Made by a program: the position numbers and the translations under genes
Origin: Octopus vulgaris
Taxonomy: Eukaryota
Assembly: GCA_951406725.2 (NCBI GenBank)
Contig: OX597828.1
Location: forward strand, 23,746,001 to 23,810,000
Length of the DNA: 64,000 nucleotides
Direction: 5' to 3'
Notes under the pieces: generated by a model
Database searches by the model: none
What the model was told of the DNA's origin: nothing
Seen by the model: only the letters and a program-made list of their open reading frames with translations
Shown: positions 26,221-40,713 of the stretch, piece after piece
Layout: the number at the start of each line of letters is the position of its first letter
How positions within the stretch are numbered: position 1 is the stretch's first letter

Positions 26221-26739
26221 TACCGCTAAAATAATTGGCAAACATCTTTTATTATAATTTTGACTAGAATTATGTTATATGTGTCCATTCTCTATACTTA
26301 TGTTTATATATATGTAGGTATGTGTGGTCGTGTGTGTGTGTGCGTGCGTTTTTTTTATGTATAAAAGCGTTTAAAGTCCTTTCTGGTAGAGTGGAGTTGA
26401 CGAGATATCAAAAGGTACTCGGTAGCATTCATGTCTTTTTCTATCTGCCGTGGCTAGAATGATATTAGATTGTAGTGTCATCGTAGCAAAGAATATATGT
26501 GAGGAAGGGAAAACAGTTAATTACAACCGTGCTGGATTAAGCAATTATGTCTGTTTCCCTGGATACATATATAAATATATGTAAACACACAAGGACACAA
26601 ACGCATATATAAACAAATGCATACATACTTACATACAAATATATGTATACACACACACATGTATGTATCTATGTATCTATGTATCTATGTAGGAATGTAC
26701 AAAATATCGAATCTGATATCGGCACGGCAATCCGTTATA

Positions 26740-26921
<182 letters not shown>

Positions 26922-27061
26922 TTGCTCGATAGATGAATAGATAGATAGACAGTGCGCACAGGCTGGTAGTTCAGTTAGGCATCCAAATCTTCAGTGTCCA
27001 GACAGCAACTTCCAATCGTATCTTTACACCACAACATAAATGTGCGTGTGTGTGTGTGTGT

Positions 27062-27112
<51 letters not shown>

Positions 27113-27643
27113 TGTGTGTGTGTTTGTGTCTGTCTGTCTGTGATGTCTGGAAAAAAATTGACCATTAGTCCTCTTCATTATGATAAGACTGAATGATACA
27201 CCTCCCATCCAAGAGCTGAATAGGCTGGTTTGGTAGTAGGTCTGGTTAAATATCTTGCTGTAGATTGCTTTGAATTCCGAATCGATAACATTTGAGGTCA
27301 TTCTTATGGTATTAATAAAATAATTAATATCAATCAGAAATAAAACCGACGTAGAGTGTCTCTGCCACTTCTTTCTCTTGTAAATATTAGATTTTGTGCT
27401 AAATTTAAAGATCGATATATGTGTGTGTCTGTATATATAAATATATAGGTTTATATATGTGTATGTACATCTATACATGAAAACATACATTTACATGTAT
27501 ATATATATATATAAATGTGTGTGTATATATATACATGGGTACGAAAATATTTATGTACAACGTGTGAGTGTGTGCGTGTGTATGTATACAAACACACACA
27601 CATATATATGAATATACGTACATATACATACGTATATATATAT

Positions 27644-27696
<53 letters not shown>

Positions 27697-28188
27697 CATA
27701 TAGGTATATTTATGTGTGTGTGGATACATATACAGATGCATGCATACACACACACACACACATATATATATATATGTATTTTTGTATGATGTATGTATGT
27801 ATATGTTCATGTATGTATGTATCTATGTATGTAGCTAAGTATGTATGTACATAATATAGAAGTCTGATATCGGCACAGCAATCCGACAGATGCTTCGAGA
27901 TGCATGAAGTAGATTTAATCTAGTTCTAATCGTGATTGATAGTTAATTTATCGAATCCTTAAACTTTGGATTTGAACTAAAAACTTAAAAGTACACAACC
28001 AAGATATAGGTTAGCTATCGATCCATTACACTGCATTGTAAATATGTTTTCAGCATATACACACATTGTGTGAAGTAACATATTTTAAAGGTTAAATTTC
28101 TGGCTGACGAGCACACTAAGTATCACTTGAGACGTAACTGCGTGGTTAGTTTTCCCCATAGCTTAAAAAATCATAATTGATAAGTGCA

Positions 28189-28190
<2 letters not shown>

Positions 28191-28220
<30 letters not shown>

Positions 28221-28246
28221 CTTCTTCTTCTTCTTCTTCTTCTTCT

Positions 28247-28317
<71 letters not shown>

Positions 28318-28495
28318 TTCTTTTCTTCTTCTTCTTTTCTTCTTCTTCTTCTTCTTCTTCTTCTTCTTCTTCTTCTTCTTCTTCTTCTTCTTCTTCTTCT
28401 TCTTCTTCTTCTTCTTCTTCTTCTTCTTCTATTTCTTCTCATTATCATCATCGTCAGCCTGTCGAGCATCATCTTCATCATCGTCTCCATAATCA

Positions 28496-28534
<39 letters not shown>

Positions 28535-28537
28535 GTT

Positions 28538-28569
<32 letters not shown>

Positions 28570-28599
28570 CGTCGTCGTCGTCGTTGTTGATGTTGCTGC

Positions 28600-28646
<47 letters not shown>
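28191..28646. repeat. Compound trinucleotide tract: ~240 bp (CTT)n, then ATC/TTA/TTG/TCG/TTA runs
   Basis: Directly visible. Confidence 0.95.
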
Positions 28647-28647
<1 letters not shown>

Positions 28648-28996
28648 CTTCTACGTATACTTTGCGCGTGAAACATAATTAAGAAATATGACATCACTTT
28701 TTGTTTACTACAAACTGCTAATTAGCAAATCTTGTAAGTAAGGTCAAGATATCTGTTAATGGTATTCACATTGTGCATATTTTTTATTTTTATATCTATG
28801 CACATACTAACGCATACAAACGCAACATACCCATATAAATGTATAATATATATGCGTTTATGTGATATGCATATACATATATGTATATATATATATATAC
28901 CGGAGTAAACACATAAATGTGAAACAAGGTGGAAAAAAGAGTACTCAAATACCAGTGGTAGAGTAATATGCTTTACTTTAAGCAGCAGAAAATTCA

Positions 28997-29048
28997 ACAA
29001 AATCTGTTACTCTGAGTTTCTCGTTGCCGTTCATCAGACAGTTTTTGC
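28997..29048 (-). ncRNA. Type I hammerhead motif (left arm of the palindrome)
   Basis: Exact reverse complement of 29058-29109. Confidence 0.7.
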
Positions 29049-29057
29049 TAGATTCTA

Positions 29058-29109
29058 GCAAAAACTGTCTGATGAACGGCAACGAGAAACTCAGAGTAAC
29101 AGATTTTGT
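29058..29109 (+). ncRNA. Type I hammerhead motif with canonical core
   Basis: GCAAAAACTGT-CTGATGA-A CG GCAA CG A-GAAA-CTC A GAG-TA/ACAGATTTTGT. Stem I pairs 10 of 11; GNRA-capped short stem II; palindromic stem III; predicted cut after 29098 (GUA). Confidence 0.7.
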
Positions 29110-29134
29110 TGAATTTTCTGCTGCTTAAAATAAA

Positions 29135-29192
<58 letters not shown>

Positions 29193-29369
29193 ATATATAT
29201 ATATAAACACACTCACACATATATTAACATATATTAGCAGAAAAATAGACAAGCTAGCGGACCGACCGACAGGCCTCTCGACAGACAGTCAGATATAGAG
29301 ATAGATAGACAACGAGATTGATAGAATTATAGAATGTCAGGCAGATCGATCGTTAGATCGATATATCTC

Positions 29370-29800
29370 TTGCTTTTGACTTTTAATTGTTTCAGTCAAC
29401 AGACCGCTGCGGCCATGATGGGGCACCGTTTTTTGAAGGATTTTTAGACGAATGAATCGACTCGCTACATTTTATCTAGACCTTTTATTCAATTTTATCG
29501 GGTTTTTTGCTGAACCGGTCCTTTTTGTGAAACCGCTTAACACCTCTTATAACAGACTGGTGGGGAAAAGCACAGACACAAACTCACACACACACATACA
29601 TACACACACACATATAAATACACGCACAAACGCTCATATATGTATGTCACGAGCTTCTTTCAGTTTCCGCCTACCATATCCACTCACAGGTATTTCGTCA
29701 GCCCGAGGCTATAGTGTAATACATTTGTCCAAGATGCCACATAGTGATACTGAACCGGGATATGTAGTTATGAAGCAAACTTTTATTCACACACCCACAA
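29370..29800 (-). mobile_element. SINE family A, diverged
   Basis: GCGGCCATGATGGGGCACCG...CTTCTTTCAGTTTCCGCCTACCATATCCACTCACA. Confidence 0.7.
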
Positions 29801-30995
29801 ACAGTTAGATATACAAATAGTTCTCCGGCGACATTCTACCTGCTAATAAATGATATAACAACTTATTTGTACAAACCAGAAACGATTTATAGTTATTTGA
29901 ATAAGTATGCTTAAGCTTAATTTATTTTTTCTAAGATTAGATAGTAAATTATTCTAAACATGCTGTAGACATTATGTGAATACCGTCTCGACACCCTATT
30001 ACACTATTTTGAGAAATATAGTTGCCGACATTAATATATACGTAATACCCTCTGCTTCATCGGCAGACTATGGCGCAGTCATTAATCCGTCTCATCATTA
30101 GCATCAGGGTGAGCTTTTAGTATTGGGAAAGAGAAATATGTCTTAGCATTCAAAGATGAAATTCCACCGATGTGAACTATGCGTTTCTCCCTTTCGCTGC
30201 CAGAAAAAAAAACGTACCAAGAAAGTACTGAGTTTCGTGCAATCGACAAATACTATCTTCCCTTAAAACACTGGCTCTGTGTTTAAACGAGGAACGAATA
30301 TTAAATGGACTCAATTTGCAATAGTGCTTTTACAGACGAAATGCACTAGGTGCAAATAAATATTTTATTGTGTAATTCAGCTTTTAGTTTAAAGGCTTCT
30401 GTATATATGACCAAACATTTATCGAATTTAATTGTTAGTACTTTTCCGATAAATCATGACTCTATAAGCTATTTAATGGAAATACGATTAGAGTAATCCT
30501 AAAGTTTAGTTATCTCCATTAAACATTTCAATTCCAGAATAGTTTTCTGCTATAATTATATAACACTACAATACTATAATCTCTTCACTTTGCCATTGAT
30601 TCACTAGAAGCAATTACCCTCTTAAAAGTAATTATTTTTCGACGCTCTCATCCTTTTTATGCTTCACTCTAAACTGACAGTATCAGTGGCTGTGGGCATT
30701 ATTTAGGTCTGACCGATTATTGTTCAATGTTCGCTTTATCAACATACGCATACATAAAAAATGCCTCAAAACAATTCCCGTAAATATGTTTGATTTTAGA
30801 AAAGTAACTGGATCCGTTGAATTTAAAATTCAAAGTTCACTCATTGCTCATCCTACTTCAAATGAAAAAAACAATTTTCATTAATTTATATGGTGTAAGC
30901 TATATCGAAATGAGAGTTTTTTTTTTAGAGCACTATAAAATGCCGGCGGATTGAACGCGCTTAGATACGTTTCTGCATCGAAATTTATATATACA

Positions 30996-31557
30996 CAGAC
31001 ATGCAGGAAGTAAATAGACACCTTTAATTTTCAAAATCTTTTATATTATATTAATTGGTTGAAGGAGAGGTTTTCTTCTAGCTGCTCGTCCATGATACCC
31101 AAACTTATGCAGATATGTAACACACGTTCTTGGACTAACTTCTAGCCGTTTTGCAATATGAGAAGCCTTCGAACGGGGTTCGTTTTCCACCATTCTCTTC
31201 AAACAGCGAAGCTTCCTGTCCAAGGGCCCAGATCGGCCGGGACGAGAATCTTTTGATTCATTTACTTGGCTTTTAAATTGCACTATAATTCTATTTACAG
31301 TAGCAAGAGAAATTTGAAGATTTTCGGCAATTTTCCGCTGGCTAAGTCAAGCCTCAGATTGCCCAACAATACGACCTCTTTGAAAATCTGATAGTTCTGC
31401 TGAATTTTTTGTGCGTGGTATGGTTACTCTTTGCAAATGTTTAATATAATGGCACCTGGAATGAAACAGAATAATTACATTATAAATTCTACATCGCTGA
31501 AAACGCTTAGATCAGAAATTTTGAAAATTAAAGGTGACTATTTACTCCCTGCATGTT

Positions 31558-31559
<2 letters not shown>
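30996..31559 (-). mobile_element. Internally deleted Tc1-family DNA transposon
   Basis: 42-bp TIRs (CAGACATGCAGGAAGTAAATAGACACCTTTAATTTTCAAAAT vs reverse complement of 31518-31559, 3 mismatches); TA follows the right end. Confidence 0.9.
31041..31421 (-). pseudogene. Tc1 transposase N-terminal HTH region only
   Basis: (ATA)[44 protein letters not shown]...RPGRSGP...GYHGRAARRKPLL. Start codon lost, one stop, DDE domain absent. Confidence 0.9.
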
Positions 31560-31652
<93 letters not shown>

Positions 31653-31903
31653 ATTATTGTGCAATTTAAAAATTGAAAAATAACGGAATTACAAGATATA
31701 TTATCTGCCAGGAGTTTTCCCTCTTACAAATTTATTTTACATCAGCAATTGCTGAATGATGTCTTACAATTACTCCCCTCGACCCACCACACACTCGATA
31801 CACATATTCATACTGGAGACCTAGGGGTTTAAAACCCGACGAGATCATATGTTCACTGCATAACACATTTGCAACACATACAAATACACAGTGTGCATTA
31901 AAG

Positions 31904-31934
<31 letters not shown>

Positions 31935-32377
31935 TACCTATTTCACATATGTCACGTTAACCAGTCTATAGTGTGAAGTCTCCTCAATCATCAAGCAGTT
32001 TTATATTGCTGATATTTTGTTGGTATGGTATATCAGCCAATTAGCATTGTCTGTGAAATTTTGCAAGAATTCTTACAATAATGGTTTTAAATATTTCTTG
32101 TTTTGTTTTACATTACTGTTCAAAGATATGTTAGAACATACTGATAACGTTGATATGTATCAAGTTTCTGATTTCAATTATCGTACTCTAATTTCTCTTG
32201 TATAAAGTACGCACATGTCCTTTTGTTGTTCACACTTTCGTTTTTACACACAAACACTGACGCCATCACTCACACGCACATACACACACACACATGCATG
32301 CACACGCATGCACACATCACACACACATGCACCTACACACAGTGTGTAATCTACCTTTATTTTTATCTTTTATGTGC

Positions 32378-32454
<77 letters not shown>

Positions 32455-32474
32455 TATAACTATATCTATATCTA

Positions 32475-32522
<48 letters not shown>

Positions 32523-32833
32523 CATATATATATATATTTGTATATATATATGTGTACAAACATATATATACATATATATATATATATATAAAGAAAGAGG
32601 AGAGAGACAGGGGGAGAGAGAATAAGAGAAATGATAGTATGTATTCATACGTGTGTATATGTGTACATATGTTCGCATTTCTCAACGTATCTCTCATATC
32701 TCTCATAAATATGTATAAACATACCCAAATAACATCCTACTTCTACCCACTCTCATACCCAAACACACATACGTGTACCATGAAATAAAAGACAGCCGGT
32801 GCAGCTTATTTCACTTGCATATATATATGCGAG

Positions 32834-32890
<57 letters not shown>

Positions 32891-34760
32891 TCTGTCTTTC
32901 TCCCTCACGTCTCTCTCCTTATATATATATATCTTTCTTTAGCTACGTACATATATCTAGATATCTATATGTATGTGTGTGTGTATATATATATAAACAT
33001 ATACATATGAATATATACATATAAACATACATACACACACACACTCACACGCATACACACACACATATTTATTTCACTTGTGTTTGGATACTGCACTTTG
33101 TTCAAAAAATTAAGAAATAATATGATAATATATGTTGCTTCCATTTGGATGTGGTGTTAAGATAACCACTTAAACAAGCATCATCTGTAGAACCTTTATA
33201 CGCTTTCAATGTATATTTAATTTGTATTTAATGATGCTGCAACTTTTACTGTCTCATATCACGTTGGAAATATTACTCTGGCTTATCAACCTTATCGTAG
33301 AGATATATTGATTATTGGTTGGTGAATAGTTAACCAGACGAGGAAGGGGAATGCCGATGGCATTTTATGAGGGAACTGCGATTGACATGCTGAAAGTAAA
33401 AAGATTATCTCATATGGAGATCTGAACGTAAATGCTAGTAAGTCTGTACATCTCTCAATGCACTCAACTGCAAGGCTATGGTTCTAAAGCCTACTGATCA
33501 ATTAAATCTATCACTGTATATTATCTATACAACATAGTTCTTAATTATATTGCCTTCTTCTATGTTAATTTGCGGAAGTATTTTACGTCTGTCATTTCAA
33601 GCAGTGATATTTTAAGCAACAATACCTGCCCATGCTTATGATAAAGTTTAACGGTACTGATTGCTGTTCAAAAGTCATATCAGCACTGCAAATCGCCTTC
33701 TGAGAAGCAATAGGCAGTATTAATATAAATGGGTATAGTTGTATAAGATGGTCTGGTATTCCCACGCATTGAAGCTATTCAAAGAACACAGCTACACCCC
33801 AACTTTAAAGGTACTAAGTAACACATAGATTTCAACCCTAGCGTTCCAAACGCGCAAGCACGACTTAGTATGACTTACTAGTTGTCGGTCTTATAGCTAA
33901 TGTTGTTGTTGTTGTCGTTGTTGTTATTGCTGTTGTTAATCTTCAGATCATTCGGTATCGAATAAAAAGACTCACGTTCATAGACACAAGAGTCGTGACA
34001 TTTCATTCATTATTTTAATGCATTTCAAAATATATATATGTCGCTTCATTGATAAAGACAGAGTGTATGAATGTGAGGGACATTTGGGCTCCTATATCTA
34101 GTTGGACGAGTAAAATGTAGAGGCTGCATAGTCGACATAAATGACTTCCCAGGAGGCTAGCTCAGTCATTTACAGTAGACACCCGCAGTTAGATGATGAT
34201 CAATAGAAATTCGAAACGTCACTTGTCGTAACATATAGAAATATTAATAACAATTTCAAAAGTGTCTGGGGAAATGTGATAATGTATTAAGGCTGGGCGT
34301 TCAGTAAGCGTTTTTTGTAAATGTCTTCTTTGTGTGTCAATGGCCACAAATAAGCTAATTCTGCCTTGGTTGTACATTTGTATAATTGTTTAAATGTATT
34401 CATCTATAATATATCAAATTCTGATGTGACTCTGTAACCTTCAGTTTACGGAATAAATAGATCTTGTTCTCTTTTCGTCTAAATATCGGTGTTTGTTGTT
34501 TTTCCAACATTTATTGTAGTCGTTTCATTGCGTTCTTTTCAACTGTATTTTATTTAGATTTGTTAGTGCCATTGTACATATACACACATGCGCGCGCACG
34601 TAGGTACACGCACACTCAGATGCACATATATGTATATGTATTTGTAGTTACACTCAAACATATATAGGTGAATATTACGTAAGCAAAATTCGTGTACATG
34701 TGTGTGTATATATATATATATGTATGTATGTATGTATATATATATATGTATGTATGTATG

Positions 34761-34837
<77 letters not shown>

Positions 34838-34963
34838 TTAGGGAGTATAATATTAGTGATATAGTTATATATTTTAAAATATATTTATATTTATGATTTG
34901 ATCTATGTCTATTATTGTTTGAATTGCATAATAGTGGTTTTTCTCTAATTCATACATAAATAC

Positions 34964-35014
<51 letters not shown>

Positions 35015-35634
35015 AATATAGTGCATATATCTATATCTCTCTAGCTTACTGTCAAATCTATCTGTCTTTCTATTTATCTATTTATCTATCTATCTATCCA
35101 TCCATCCATCCACCCATCCATCTATCCATCTATCTATGTCTTTATATATGCATATGCGTCTGTGTGCCCGCGCGTATGTGTACAGACTCACGAATATTGA
35201 CCAGTGCTAAGACCATGAATCTGGTGTGCTGAATCCAATTTGCAGTGTGCTTCATATATGTTGTAGTTTGTATAGTTTACGGAAAATGAATGTTTATCTC
35301 GTGACTCGATTTTTCACGCCTTTTCCCTGTAAATATACTCGCTCGAAGATAGCGAAGGCACGGAATTCGAACTGCAACTTAAGCATTCACTTTTCGATAC
35401 TTGTTTCTTTGGGATTGCTCAAATAATGTACACACATCTGACGAAACTTCAATATGGCTAGATAATCGATGTACGATATTAAGTTTTGTCTTTCGATCTA
35501 CGGAAATGGAGGTAAATTTCATACCCATTGCATGCTCACTACCTAAGTTTGCTTGCATATACATATACATACATACATATGTATATATACATATATACAT
35601 ATATATATACATACATAGATACATACATACATAC

Positions 35635-35835
<201 letters not shown>

Positions 35836-37328
35836 TTCAAAGCATGTGTAGGAAAGTCAACTTGTATATCAAAAATGAAGGACGACATTTTCAACACCCC
35901 CTTATAAAGTGTTATAAAATCTTGTAGAGTCTAATATATTCTTTTGTAGTCTTATACCATATTATAAATATTTATTTTGTGATAAGTCTTACTGCGGGGA
36001 GGCTTTTTGAACACTCTGTGTGTGTGTGTGTGAGTGTATACACAAACACACATATGCATACACATTCATGTATATACATAAAACAAACTCAAGCGTATTT
36101 CGAAAAAAAACCCATTCAGAATGCCAACTTTTTTATATTCTCTTCTGGAAGGATTTCTGTTATCTCTAACGTACAGGTAATGCCAGAAATCTGAGACCAA
36201 TGCTTCTTCGATTAAATCGATTCTAGTGTATGTATGGTACTTTATTTTATCGATCCCATTGTTACCACAATTCAAAGAGAATCTTAGAAACGTTGCTTAT
36301 GTTTAGTTCCAGATTACGCCCAATAAAATGGACCTACTAGCAGAAGTATTCTAGCCGCGATGTGTCTGTCTTTGTCTTGTGAACAATTAGTCCAGGTTCA
36401 TATAATCTATATTGTTCCTTTTTCCGACAGTTTGGTCTAATTCCAGGCTGATTTGATTGCTATATCTAGTAGGCATGCGACCGTTAGAGGCTCTATGTCC
36501 TTGGTACGTCTTGTATGATTGTCATTGTTCTTATTTTTCTGTTTGTGTTCTTGTTTTTTTTTTATATTTGGTTTTGAGCCCTTCTCAATTTTGATTCGCC
36601 CGATCGTTGAAAAGGAGGCTTTGAAACGTGACCATCCATTCTCTTCTAGTTCTCTTTCATTGGAGGCAAATCTGGCTGTTTTTTCTAGCATCATTCCCAT
36701 GGGCTTAAAACTACTCCCTATTTATTTCAATGGTGTAAAATGTATTTGAAAAATTGTGAACCGTAAGGAAATTGTCTGGAAGGGTATTGCTGCTGCTATA
36801 TTTTGAAGATACTCCTGCTGTTGTTGTTGGTCGTGTTCGTCTTGTTACTGTTGCTATTGGGGTAGGAGAATAAGCAGTCCAGTCTTAACTATAAAAAAGA
36901 GGTATATAACACTACTCTGTTTGATATGTCCTTATTTCAAATACCATAGCTGGGAAAAAGTTTGGTCCGATGAGAATTTGATTGTAATTTTTAGCAAAAT
37001 CGGTGAGAATATAGATATTTTCCTTCGTTGGTTTGTATATGCTGTTCAGTTTTCAAAATTGTTGAATAAAATTACCATATACATTAATATTATTTACATG
37101 CATACGCACGCACGCGCGCACATATACATGCACGTGCAATACATGTACGTACATACACATAAACACCCACATATATTCACAAATGCATGCACGCTTACCC
37201 ATGACCACATACATATACATAAACACACGCACACATACATATATATATATAAGTGTTTATATATAGATATATATGGTACAAATACACAGATACACGCACA
37301 CACACATGCATCCACACACACACACGTG

Positions 37329-37363
<35 letters not shown>

Positions 37364-37364
37364 A

Positions 37365-37545
37365 TAAAATGCAAATCAAGTAGATAAGTTTGAAAAAAGA
37401 CAGGGTGTATTAGATTGACGCTTAGGAGTATTAGAACAACGGTTTAACGTTTCGAGCATACGCTCTTCTTCGGATGTAATAGATGAGGTAAGAAAAAATA
37501 GAGAGAAGAAACGTGTCTCAATCAGATGGTCACTGCATGCTGAAA
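37365..37545 (-). mobile_element. Short PLE-derived element with a hammerhead remnant at 37442-37476
   Basis: Minus strand: CCGAAGA-A-GAGC GTAT GCTC-GAAA-CG-TT-AAACC; stem I eroded. Confidence 0.55.
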
Positions 37546-40090
37546 AATATATTTACGCAAACACGCACTCACATCCACATAACAAGAGACGCACAGTCCC
37601 TGCGTGTATTAGTATAATAACAAGTCTCCCACTATGTATGCGGTAAGAGAATTTAATTTGTAAATTGTCAACCTTTTATAACATTTTCAATTTTATTTAT
37701 TTTTCGTTAATATTACTATTGCTCATACAATAACCTTTGCGCCTGGAAAAGTTTTTTTAGTGCTCCATTTGTGTTTTTTCTCTTTCTGAGTACAGTCACA
37801 TCCTGTCAAAGCATTACCGAAGCAATTACCTTTTAAACATTGTCACATCTCGCATTTCGTTGGTGGTATTCATTTCTTTTATTCGCTAAACATTGAGCAC
37901 CAGAGTTGTTTAATTTTTACAGTATGTTTTTTAGCCATAATGTCCAAAATATTATTATTTTTCGAATTATGAATGCTTTATAAATGTACATTTATATATA
38001 CTCACGAAACTTACATGCAGTTTCCGCATCACGAATATGTTCCGTATGTGATAGTTGGATCCATACATGGTTCGGAAGAGTTTTGTGCTGTTCATGTCTA
38101 GCGTCATGTTTGTGAAATGTTTTTCTTACTCCATGATAATCTACTAAAAAACATATTAAAATTCATCAGACAGGTGACGTTTCTGTGTCCCGATATTTGT
38201 TTGCGGTAAAATTTCTCTTTCCCTTTACCATTGTGTTATGCTGCATCTATTCACCCAGCAAGGGTCGTACTACAGACACACTCTTTGATGCCACCTGTCT
38301 ACAAACGTCTTCGACAGCTTCTTGCTCTTAACATTCCGCTGGAATTGGTCTTCTGGTTGTGACTTAACATCCGCCTGGCGGTAGTCTTGTGGAAGTGGCT
38401 TAAAACATTCGCTTGGAGGTGGTCTTGTAGCAGTGAGTTGTGTATTGTAAGTCCAAAATGCTTTAGCTTTTGGGCTTGATTATCAAAAAGCGATGCTTAA
38501 ATTGCAGCCTTTGTGGCACAACACCATTTGTGAATGTCTCTTGGCCAATCTGAACAATCTACATCATAAAGGCCTTTTTCTTCGTAGCTATGTATATTGT
38601 CCACGATTCTGCTCATCTGAGGTTGCTTATTTTAAGAATCGTTGCACAATAATAGATCTACACAAAGCTGAGCAAATGCACTGCTTCATTATATGCTACT
38701 ATGTACAACATCATTCTCTTAATACCAACCATAGTATGTTATACGGAATTCTTAAAATAATGCTTTGCAGAGTTCAGTTCATAAATATTGATGTTCGGAC
38801 GTTCTTAACCCGGGAACTGTTCGTGTTACATCTACATCAGTTTGGCATAATGTCTCTTATTTTACAATTTTCATATTATTCTAAACTTAATATTTGAGAT
38901 GAGATAGATAATGGGATTAATCACTATGCAGCGATGGCAAAATAGCAATCAAACAGACGGATATATGTAGCATAAATGAAGCTACGATCGCTAAAGATAG
39001 ATGTAAATATAGTCTAAAAGGAGATAAATAATCATCAAGATCTCATATTTTTAACAACTTATCTCAGATAGTATCACATTGACTGCAGATAAATTTTCTC
39101 ATAAATTTTCAGTCGGTTTCCGATGGCATAATATTTCCGTCTCAAACTTTCAAACTAAACCCACGCACTATGAATAGTTTGGATATATTAATCGGGTTCT
39201 CATTTCGGTCTTATCTTTGATTCTCTTTTGTATCTGGAACTGGGTTTAAGAATCTAGTAATACATTATTTTATATTAGGAGTTATTGAGTGTCGACTTCA
39301 AAGTAGAATATTTTCAGATATATTCATAAATATTATAAACAATATAATTAATATTTCTGCTGATGATAAAGCAGTTTAATATAGAATGAGGCAAATGCAA
39401 TTTGAAATTTTTCGTTCCTCCTTATTCGCTCTGAGTAATACTTTTATTTGACACACATTGCAATTTATTAACTTAGAATCCTCCTGTTGAAGAAAACAGA
39501 TTTTAAGATGAGATTGGCATCAGGTAAGAGGTACCGTGGAATTTTAAAATGAGTGTTTCGTCCGTTTAGTTTCCTAACATAGAAATATCGTTAATTTTGT
39601 TGCATAATTAAGAGTTGTGTATGGTATTAGCGTTAATCTCTTGAAAGCTCTTTCTCACATACATATGATTTAGTACGTTTCAGTTTTTGATAGAAATAAT
39701 ATTGCCAGATTGGCATATTATAATTATGTTAGATCAGTGATTGTGAGTCTCTTAGAAAATTATATATATTTTCGAACTGGTGTTTAACAGCGCCATCTCA
39801 GTCGAAGATTTATTCTGTGCCGACGAAGAGAAATAACCCTGAAACCGTACAGATACTACTTTGTGCTGGGTGGCGGTGCTAACCTCCCCTATTCGAAAAT
39901 ATGAAGATACAGATTGTGTGTCGTATAGCCAGTTGGACACAGTGTCTTCTGGGGCTAAACTACAGTAGCATTTGCCCTCAAATGGGACTGCCATATTAGG
40001 TTGGTAAAACTTCGTTACTTTAAAGTGCTGCTATTGAATATCTCTCATTGAGAAATTTAGGATCAAAATGGTTTCTATTTTATTAGATCA

Positions 40091-40315
40091 GAGCTGGCAG
40101 AAACGTTAGCACGCCGGGCGAAATGCTCAGCAGTACTTCGTCTGTCGCTAAGTTCTGAGTTCAAATTCCGCCGAGGTCGACTTCGCCTTTCATCCTTTCG
40201 GGGTCGATTAAATAAATACCAGTTACGCACTGATGTCGATATAATCGACTTAATCCGTTTGTCTGTCCTTGTTTGTCCCTTCTGTGTTTAGCCCCTTGTG
40301 GGTAGTAAAGAAATA
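40091..40315 (+). mobile_element. SINE family M between the two tandem units
   Basis: GAGCTGGCAGAAACGTTAGCACG...GTGGGTAGTAAAGAAATA. Confidence 0.9.
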
Positions 40316-40337
40316 GCCATCTCAGCCGATGAGTTAT

Positions 40338-40384
40338 TCTGTGCCGACGAAGGGAAATAATCCTGAAACCGTACGGTCCACAGA
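40338..40384 (+). ncRNA. Type I hammerhead ribozyme motif, CCGACGA core
   Basis: TCTGTG-CCGACGA-AGGG AAATAA TCCT-GAAA-CCG TA CGG-TC/CACAGA: perfect 6-bp stem I, 4-bp stem II, palindromic ACCGTACGGT stem III, GUC triplet, predicted cut after 40378. Confidence 0.8.
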
Positions 40385-40618
40385 TACTGTTTTGTGTTGG
40401 GTAGGGGTGCTAACCTCCCCTGTTCGAAAATATGCAGATACAAATTGTGTGTCGTATAGTCAGTTGGACACGATGTCTTCTGAGGCTAGACAACAGTAAC
40501 CTTCACCCCAAAATGGGACTGCAACATTAGGTTGGGAAAGTAGTTACTTTAAAGTGCTGCTACCAAATATCTCCCGCTGAGAAATTTAGGAACAACAATG
40601 TTTCTATTCATAAACAAA

Positions 40619-40713
<95 letters not shown>

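Larger units (their letters stand above)
28966..29140. repeat. Near-perfect palindrome (perfect 76-bp arms over 28977-29129, 1-nt centre at 29053)
   Basis: ...CAGACAGTTTTTGCTAGA T TCTAGCAAAAACTGTCTG...; arms checked base by base, with mismatches only at 29130 and 29136. Confidence 0.95.
39729..40610 (+). mobile_element. Two tandem ~350-nt hammerhead-containing units (retrozyme-like) interrupted by a SINE
   Basis: 39792-40081 aligns to 40316-40608; TTAGATCAG recurs at 39729 and 40083 (period 354). Each unit carries a hammerhead; copy 1 has a 7-nt deletion in stem III/I. Confidence 0.7.

Noticed and set aside
28146-28590. Poly-Arg/Lys, poly-Ser and poly-Phe/Leu ORFs (also 52666-53190)
   Set aside because: Trinucleotide microsatellite artefacts.
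36680-37080. Faint RT-like words on the minus strand (GHIKQSSVI)
   Set aside because: Too degenerate to assign without a profile search.
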